Part shown: positions 57,827 to 64,000 of the stretch, in pieces
Numbering within the stretch: position 1 is the first letter of the stretch
How the letters are laid out: each line of letters begins with the position of its first letter
Assembly: GCA_965601465.1 (NCBI GenBank)
Contig: OZ271834.1
Span: forward strand, 3,486,928 to 3,550,927
Direction: 5' to 3'
DNA length: 64,000 nt
From: Ekhidna sp.
Lineage (GTDB): Bacteria; Bacteroidota; Bacteroidia; Cytophagales; Cyclobacteriaceae
The notes under the pieces: model-generated
Seen by the model: the letters and a program-made list of their open reading frames with translations, nothing else
What the model was told of the DNA's origin: nothing
Database searches by the model: none
Program-made: the position numbers and the translations under genes

Positions 57827-58804
57827 GTGACAAAAATCACTTCTGTGTTCACGCTCGAATTCAATATTCCATCAGCCACTAAAAAAATTAATCTGAACGA
57901 TGAGATTTTTCTCATTGGGTCTTGTTTTTCTAATGAAATGGGCGGCCATTTGAGGGACAATAAGTTCAAATGCATTTCTAATCCATTTGGGACCATCTAT
58001 AATCCTCATTCCATATTTAAGCTTCTTGCAGATCAGAGTTCAGCCAGTACCAACGAAATCACAGAAAGTCATGGTGTCTATTATCACTGGGATGCACACG
58101 GATTAATATCAGGCCTTACCAAAGAAGAGGTGACCCAGACTTTTGAGCAAAAAAACACCGAATCTCAGCGCTTCCTAACCAATTCTAAGTGGTTAATCAT
58201 AACACTGGGAACATCTTTTGTTTATGAACATAAGACGCATGGAATTGTGGCTAACTGTCACAAAGTTCCGGGCTCTGCATTCAAGAAAAGATTACTCAAC
58301 AAAGATGAGATTGAGCTACAGTTTGAAGTCCTTCACTCCCATCTTACCAAGATCAATCCTGAATTAAATATACTTTTTACTGTAAGTCCGGTACGTCACA
58401 CACGAGATGGACTTATTGAAAACAACCGAAGCAAGGCTATCTTAATTGATTTTGTACACAGTGTTTGTGATCGCTTCGAAAATGTTGGATACTTCCCATC
58501 TTATGAAATACTTATTGATCAATTAAGAGATTATCGATATTATGATTCAGATATGATTCACCCTTCATCAACTGCGATAAAATTTATTTGGGAAAAATTT
58601 GGTGAGGCGTATTTCGATGATGATACCAAAGCTTTGGTGATTGAATGGACCAAGCTAAGAAATGCAATAAATCATAAGTCCTTTCAACCATTATCAGTAT
58701 CTCATCAGCAATTCTTAAAAAACACTTTAAATAAGGTAGAGATATTGAATGAAAAAATTGATCTAAGTGTTGAACTGAAACAATTGAAAGACCTGATCAA
58801 ATGA
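57827..58804 (+). CDS. GSCFA-domain protein
   Basis: The [13 protein letters not shown] motif and family-wide similarity (VSPVRH...DMIHPS). GTG start. Confidence 0.7.
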   Translation: MTKITSVFTLEFNIPSATKKINLNDEIFLIGSCFSNEMGGHLRDNKFKCISNPFGTIYNPHSIFKLLADQSSASTNEITESHGVYYHWDAHGLISGLTKEEVTQTFEQKNTESQRFLTNSKWLIITLGTSFVYEHKTHGIVANCHKVPGSAFKKRLLNKDEIELQFEVLHSHLTKINPELNILFTVSPVRHTRDGLIENNRSKAILIDFVHSVCDRFENVGYFPSYEILIDQLRDYRYYDSDMIHPSSTAIKFIWEKFGEAYFDDDTKALVIEWTKLRNAINHKSFQPLSVSHQQFLKNTLNKVEILNEKIDLSVELKQLKDLIK

Positions 58805-60879
58805 GAATCCTTTTTCTTGTATTTATGGTTGTCGCCTGCACACCAAAAAATCAAACTGAAATGTCTGAACATACCAACGACCTTATTCACTCAACCAGTC
58901 CCTATCTTCAACAACATGCCCATAATCCTGTAGACTGGCAGGAATGGGGAGAAAAGGCGCTCTCTCAAGCTAAGAAAGAAGATAAACCTATCCTGGTGAG
59001 TATTGGATACTCCAGTTGTCACTGGTGCCATGTGATGGAAAAAGAATCATTTGAAGACACTGCTGTTGCCAAAATCATGAATGAATATTTCATCAATATA
59101 AAGGTGGACAGAGAAGAGCGGCCGGATGTAGATCAGGTATATATGGATGCGGTTCAAGCAATGGGTTTACAAGGTGGTTGGCCACTCAATGTCTTTTTAA
59201 CCCCTGATCAAAAGCCTTTTTATGGAGGAACCTATTTCCCAAGGAATGGATGGGTAAACTTGCTCACCAGCATTGCTGAAGCATTTGAAACGAACAGGGA
59301 AAAGATTGATGCGTCGGCAGAAGAATTTACCAAAAGCTTACAGGCCAAAGAATCGGAGAAATATAAGTTGGAAGGTACTGATTTTAAACTTTCAGCAGAA
59401 GAGATAGATAGTACCTATCAAAATCTTGCACGCAAGTTTGATTCTATTGATGGAGGCATCAAAAAGTCTCCCAAGTTCCCGATGCCTTCTGTTTGGCAAT
59501 TCCTGGCCACCTACTCCAATCATACGAACAATAAAGAAGCACTCGCTCATTTAGAATTCACACTAGAAAAGATTGCTGATGGAGGAATTTATGATCACAT
59601 CGGAGGAGGATTTGCCCGATACAGCACAGATGAGGAGTGGCATGTCCCTCATTTTGAAAAAATGCTGTACGACAATGGTCAGCTATTAAGCCTCTATGCA
59701 AACGGCTTTAAACTTACGGATAATCGGAAATTTGAAACGACTATTCAAGAAACTATTGAATGGCTTAAGCGTGAAATGCTCGATGATTCCGGAGGGTTCT
59801 ATTCTGCGTTAGATGCTGACAGTGAAGGGGAAGAAGGCAAATTTTATGTTTGGTCTTACGAAGAAATTACCAAGCTCTCCGGTAATGAAGCAGAAATGAT
59901 TCGTCAATATTATGATGTCCAGAAAAATGGAAACTGGGAAGGAAAAAATGCCTTGCGAGTCGTCCAAATGGAAGCAGACCTTGCCAAAAGTTTCAATTTA
60001 ACTCCAGATGAATTCTATGGAAAAATTAATGACTTTAAACGATTGGCTCTGAAAGAAAGAGAACAGCGCATACGCCCCGGATTGGATAATAAAATAATCG
60101 CTGGATGGAATGGACTTGCCTTATCCGGTCTTGTTGATTCTTATCAGGCACTTCAGGATTCATCCATTTTAGAACTAGCCATAAGGAATGCTTCGTTTAT
60201 CAAAACCCTCATCAAAGGTGGAAGGCTTTACAGGTTCCCAGACAAAGATCTTGAAGGGTTTATGGAGGACTATGCATCGGTCATTCAAGCTTTTATCAAA
60301 TATTACGAATCTACATTGGATCGGTCCTATCTTGAAATGGCATTGACGATGACAAATCGCGTAAATGAAGCATTCTATGACGAGAGCGAAAAACTATATT
60401 ATTTTAATAGCGAGGACAATGCCAACCTTATTGCAAGGAAGAAGGAACTATTTGATAACGTTATCCCTTCATCAAATTCTTTAATGGCATGGAATTTAGT
60501 TCATTTAGGGACTCACTTGTATGATGACGAGTTGGTAAAAAAAGGGCGTGAGATTTTGGCACAAACCAAGCATCTTATTATCCGTGAACCCGAGTATATG
60601 AGCAATTGGGGCATGCTGGCCATGGAGCTTTCAGGTGACTTTGCAGAGGTTATTATTGTAGGTCCAAAAGCCGATAAGTTTGCCAATGAAATCAATCGAA
60701 AATATATCCCAAATAAGGTTATATCAGCTACCAAAGAAGAGTCGGATTTACCGCCATTCAGTCTTAAGACAGCCATTGATAATGAGACTACCATCTATGT
60801 TTGTTATGATAAATCATGCAAGCGTCCCACAAAAACAGTCGAAGACGCATTAGCGCAGATTAGGAAAACGGACAAATAG
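58801..60879 (+). CDS. Thioredoxin-domain (DUF255/YyaL-like) protein with an (alpha/alpha)6-barrel domain, probable lipoprotein
   Basis: Lipobox-like MVVAC. DUF255 motif [23 protein letters not shown]...[18 protein letters not shown] overlap with the GSCFA gene. Confidence 0.8.
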   Translation: MRILFLVFMVVACTPKNQTEMSEHTNDLIHSTSPYLQQHAHNPVDWQEWGEKALSQAKKEDKPILVSIGYSSCHWCHVMEKESFEDTAVAKIMNEYFINIKVDREERPDVDQVYMDAVQAMGLQGGWPLNVFLTPDQKPFYGGTYFPRNGWVNLLTSIAEAFETNREKIDASAEEFTKSLQAKESEKYKLEGTDFKLSAEEIDSTYQNLARKFDSIDGGIKKSPKFPMPSVWQFLATYSNHTNNKEALAHLEFTLEKIADGGIYDHIGGGFARYSTDEEWHVPHFEKMLYDNGQLLSLYANGFKLTDNRKFETTIQETIEWLKREMLDDSGGFYSALDADSEGEEGKFYVWSYEEITKLSGNEAEMIRQYYDVQKNGNWEGKNALRVVQMEADLAKSFNLTPDEFYGKINDFKRLALKEREQRIRPGLDNKIIAGWNGLALSGLVDSYQALQDSSILELAIRNASFIKTLIKGGRLYRFPDKDLEGFMEDYASVIQAFIKYYESTLDRSYLEMALTMTNRVNEAFYDESEKLYYFNSEDNANLIARKKELFDNVIPSSNSLMAWNLVHLGTHLYDDELVKKGREILAQTKHLIIREPEYMSNWGMLAMELSGDFAEVIIVGPKADKFANEINRKYIPNKVISATKEESDLPPFSLKTAIDNETTIYVCYDKSCKRPTKTVEDALAQIRKTDK

Positions 60880-61001
60880 ATAAGTTAAGCGGGCATTTAT
60901 TCTGTCTCATCGATTTAATTTTCGCACACGGGCATTAAGGTTATCTTTAAACTAAGAATACTTATTTGGTGTTCTGTTAACTGACTAAACCAACCTGTAC
61001 T

Positions 61002-61391
61002 GTGAAGGAGGAATTACACATTCTGTTAATCGACGATGATCCAACCGTAAATTTCCTTAACAAGATCATCATAGAAAAATCAAACATTGGAGCAAAAATA
61101 TCTGAGGAAACGCATGCACCAGATGCGTTGGAGCAGCTATCAAACGGCCTTCTAAATCCATCATTAATTCTTTTGGATTTGAACATGCCTGCGATGGATG
61201 GATGGCATTTTGTCGAACAGTTTGAGAAGCTTCCACAGGACAATTTAGATACTAAAATCATTATACTAACCTCTTCTATTAATCCGTCAGATAAGGAAAA
61301 GGCATCTAGTCTTGCCTCAGTGTCTGATTTTTGTAGTAAACCATTATCTCCTGAAAAAATTCTTGAAATCAAAGAACGCTATGTGAATTGA
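61002..61391 (+). CDS. Stand-alone response-regulator receiver domain protein
   Basis: ILLIDDDP, LILLDLNMPAMDGW and SKPL motifs, with no output domain. GTG start. Confidence 0.8.
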   Translation: MKEELHILLIDDDPTVNFLNKIIIEKSNIGAKISEETHAPDALEQLSNGLLNPSLILLDLNMPAMDGWHFVEQFEKLPQDNLDTKIIILTSSINPSDKEKASSLASVSDFCSKPLSPEKILEIKERYVN

Positions 61392-61442
61392 CCCGCAATG
61401 ACTTTTGCTCAATAGTCAATTGAGGTAGCTATATTTAGAAAG

Positions 61443-63992
61443 TTGAAAACCATTAACCACCATCTGCTCACGTTCTTCTTTCTGGCAATTACAACACAAC
61501 TTGCTGCACAGCACTTCCCCTCTAAACAATATATGACAGCTGATGGTATGCCAAGCAATAGCGTTTATGATATTGCCCAGCACGAATCAGGAATGATGTG
61601 GTTTATAACCAATGCAGGTCCAACATACTATGATTCGAAGGAATGGCATTTCTTTCCGGACTCATTGGAACTTCCTACTTCTAACAATTCAAAAATCGTC
61701 GTTTCAGATAGCATTGTTTGGGTAGCGGGATTAAACAAAACCAACTTCACAGTTCAATATTACAACAATGAGTGGGTCAAGTTAGAAGTACCTTTTGAAT
61801 CAAAGTCATTTGAAAAGCACATTGCTTTTAACGTTTTCAAGACTGACAATAATCACACGGTTATCATCGGAGCAAACAGTTCCTTGTTTATTTATGAGTT
61901 ATCTCAAAACAAATGGTCTAAGATTGATACAAATGGCATGTCCATTAACAGCATCCATTCACAAATGGGTAATCGAATCATTTGTACTTCAAAAGGTGTG
62001 TGGGCAATGAATGGAGATAGTTTAGCATTGACAAATCTTCCCTATTCAAAATTTCCCTCCACAAATATCTTAACGTGTAACTATAAAAAAGGCATCACGT
62101 ATTTGCTGGGTTTTAATTGGTATGCTGAAATTGAAAATGGCGAAATCACATTCATGCTTGATGACGTAGGATTGATCAGTTCATCACTGGTTAATCAAAG
62201 TAGCCTCATTGTTGATCAAAATGACAATGTATTTTTCGGGTCGAGTACCCCAGCTCGAATGATCAATCATGAAAATAAGACCTGGCAAAATCTGCTAATC
62301 AAAGGTGAGAATATGAATATTGGCAGCACGAGTATTTACTGCGATATAGAGAATAACCTTTGGGTTAGCGATGCAAGAGGTTTATTTAAGTTTAATGTCC
62401 TACAATTTTTGAGCTATAATAAATCATCCGGACTCGCATCAGATGAAGTCACGGCGGTCACTCAGCTCTCTGATGGTACCATGTTAATTGCCAACCCATA
62501 TGACTTCAATCTCATAAAAGATGATAAAATCACTCAATACAATTACAAAATCGAAAAGAGTCTCAATTACAGAATCTTGTCTGTAGAGATAGATAGCGCT
62601 AATAATCGCCTTTACATGGCCACTAACGATCCCGGTTTGTTGGTTTATGAAATAGGACACTATGAAAAACCAATTCTGATTTTTTCCGGAGAAAAGTCGA
62701 GAATCACCTCCGTGAAGAAGTTCAAGGGATCCATTTATGCAACGAGTGATCATGGAATTCACATTGTTGAAGGTGATAGGATAAAGGAGATCATTCCCTA
62801 TTTCAACATTAGGAATATTAGCAACCTGGGAGAACGTCTGGCCTTTCTTTCAAACCGTGACGGAGTATTTATTTATGACGGGAATACATTTTATCATTAC
62901 AACTCAGATAACTATGATTTAAACAGTGTATATCAGGCAGTTGTCTTTAACGGCGATACGATTTTAGCAACCAGGGCCGGACCTGGAATTATTGAGGATG
63001 AAGCAATTAAATATTGGGATCAGGTAGCTATCAATTCACCTACCTATGGATTATTGGTTGATAGTAAAAATCAGCTGTGGATTGGGAGTGATCGAGGAAT
63101 CTATTTGTACGATGGAGAGACCCTGCAATTGTTTGATGTCAATCAGGGACTAGCGGGGAATGAAATCAACAGAAATGCCCTTTTTGAGGATTCAAACGGT
63201 CAAGTGTGGATTGGGACGGAAAAAGGTGTCTCAATTTATAAACCCGATGATCAACTAAAAAACAAGCTAAACCTGAGTATCAACATTACAGGCGTAAATA
63301 CTGATGATGGAACTTCACTAAGTGATTATCCAAAGAATACACTCCCATTTGATCAGAATAATATTCACGTGACATTCAATTGTCTTTCGTACGTTGATGA
63401 AGAAAAATTGAACTACAGATATCGCATTGATCCTTCTTCAGACACTTGGATAGAAAATGCAGAAGCTACCAACAGAATTTCTTTTAGTAATTTAAAGCCA
63501 GGCGATTACCAATTCGAAATACAGGCAAGGTTCAATCTCGCAGATTGGGGTCCTGTTTCAAAAGTAAATTTCTCCATTCAGAAGCCCTTTTATATTCAAT
63601 GGTGGTTCATAATTATCTCCATTTTGCTGCTATTAATTGTGGGAAGAATCATCTTTTATTTCAGGTATTTATTTCTGATTAAGAAGCAGAAGAAGCTCAA
63701 AGAAATGGTAGCTAGTCGGACAAAAGAAATCAGACAATTAAATGAGCAGTTGGAGGAAAAAGTCTTGGAACGAACCAAAGAGCTCAATGACAAAAATCTG
63801 AAATTAGAAGAAACTGCTTATGTCAATGCCCACTATCTACGAGGACCGCTTACTAAAATTATGAGCGCACTTCAGATTGCGGAGAACGACCAAGGTGATG
63901 TATTAGACACCAACATCATCAAAATACTTAAAGAATCAACTGAAGAATTAGATAATGTAATTCATTCCATCAATGAAATCTTGCGTGAGTAA
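61443..63992 (+). CDS. Periplasmic beta-propeller/Y_Y_Y sensor protein with a TM helix, coiled coil and DHp-like H-box but no HATPase domain
   Basis: Signal peptide. Two-component-regulator propeller-like repeats (e.g. NQLWIGSDRGIYLYD, GQVWIGTEKGVSIY). Y_Y_Y-like segment (LNYRYRIDP...LKPGDYQFEIQA). TM helix WWFIIISILLLLIVG. H-box-like AYVNAHYLRGPL (His codon 63831-63833). The protein ends 53 aa later at a TAA-TAA double stop. Confidence 0.7.
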   Translation: MKTINHHLLTFFFLAITTQLAAQHFPSKQYMTADGMPSNSVYDIAQHESGMMWFITNAGPTYYDSKEWHFFPDSLELPTSNNSKIVVSDSIVWVAGLNKTNFTVQYYNNEWVKLEVPFESKSFEKHIAFNVFKTDNNHTVIIGANSSLFIYELSQNKWSKIDTNGMSINSIHSQMGNRIICTSKGVWAMNGDSLALTNLPYSKFPSTNILTCNYKKGITYLLGFNWYAEIENGEITFMLDDVGLISSSLVNQSSLIVDQNDNVFFGSSTPARMINHENKTWQNLLIKGENMNIGSTSIYCDIENNLWVSDARGLFKFNVLQFLSYNKSSGLASDEVTAVTQLSDGTMLIANPYDFNLIKDDKITQYNYKIEKSLNYRILSVEIDSANNRLYMATNDPGLLVYEIGHYEKPILIFSGEKSRITSVKKFKGSIYATSDHGIHIVEGDRIKEIIPYFNIRNISNLGERLAFLSNRDGVFIYDGNTFYHYNSDNYDLNSVYQAVVFNGDTILATRAGPGIIEDEAIKYWDQVAINSPTYGLLVDSKNQLWIGSDRGIYLYDGETLQLFDVNQGLAGNEINRNALFEDSNGQVWIGTEKGVSIYKPDDQLKNKLNLSINITGVNTDDGTSLSDYPKNTLPFDQNNIHVTFNCLSYVDEEKLNYRYRIDPSSDTWIENAEATNRISFSNLKPGDYQFEIQARFNLADWGPVSKVNFSIQKPFYIQWWFIIISILLLLIVGRIIFYFRYLFLIKKQKKLKEMVASRTKEIRQLNEQLEEKVLERTKELNDKNLKLEETAYVNAHYLRGPLTKIMSALQIAENDQGDVLDTNIIKILKESTEELDNVIHSINEILRE

Positions 63993-64000
63993 TAAAGTGG

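Noticed and set aside
60977-61372. 131-aa minus-strand ORF overlapping the receiver gene
   Set aside because: The plus-strand frame encodes an unmistakable CheY-like receiver. The antisense ORF is Ser/Cys-rich with no recognisable motif. The same reasoning rejects the antisense or overlapping ORFs at 949-1329, 3700-3981, 8464-8682, 12151-12456, 13844-14131, 26751-27071, 33159-33464, 45001-45375, 48202-48450, 49164-49475 and 62484-62762.
1-64000. Mobile elements, prophage, defence islands, tRNA or rRNA genes
   Set aside because: There are no transposase, integrase, phage structural, restriction-modification, toxin-antitoxin or cas-like ORFs. Every intergenic region is 285 bp or shorter. None shows tRNA cloverleaf-like or rRNA-like sequence by eye.

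Overview
This is a chromosomal window from a Bacteroidota genome, probably Flavobacteriia- or Cytophagia-like. Supporting signs are roughly 40% GC (hand counts on a few sampled lines only), TAnnTTTG-type promoters, T9SS C-terminal sorting domains, PorP/SprF, and the gene order parA-parB-DUF5683-dapB-lepB. It is gene dense and mostly housekeeping. Main blocks: (1) a 5'-truncated LytTR response regulator, a 1284-aa T9SS type-B cargo adhesin and its PorP/SprF partner. (2) A roughly 1-kb decay zone holding an mlaE 3' stub, a MlaF-like ATPase with two in-frame TAA codons, and a 93-nt relic of another gene's 3' end next to a perfect palindrome. (3) A 1413-aa M4 metalloprotease with a T9SS type-A CTD. 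(4) A 1149-aa putative outer-membrane barrel that overlaps an NtrY-like histidine kinase. (5) A 16.4-kb single-strand respiratory supercluster: alternative complex III actABCDEF, the aa3-type oxidase genes, haem A/O synthesis genes, and four small poorly characterised membrane proteins. (6) A serine-biosynthesis cluster with a serB-serA fusion, a Cys-less YtxJ-like gene and serC. (7) Usp, MarR and an ECF sigma operon. (8) pyrG, yidC, parAB, dapB, lepB, an S41 peptidase, ung and apaG. (9) rpsF-rpsR-rplI, preceded by a stop-codon-rich tandem repeat. (10) GSCFA, a DUF255 thioredoxin-like protein, an orphan receiver, and a beta-propeller sensor with a DHp domain but no ATPase domain. I found no rRNA, tRNA, CRISPR array, transposase, integrase, prophage or recognisable defence genes. 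I do not see a clear new multi-gene system. The best leads are the decay zone flanked by the two T9SS cargo loci, the uncharacterised small proteins at the tail of the oxidase operon (a periplasmic CxxC mini-protein, a Cys-less protein where I recall SCO genes usually lie, and an EF-hand-like loop in DUF420), and the all-frame-stop tandem repeat upstream of rpsF. All functional calls rest on motif and family recognition by eye; no searches were run.
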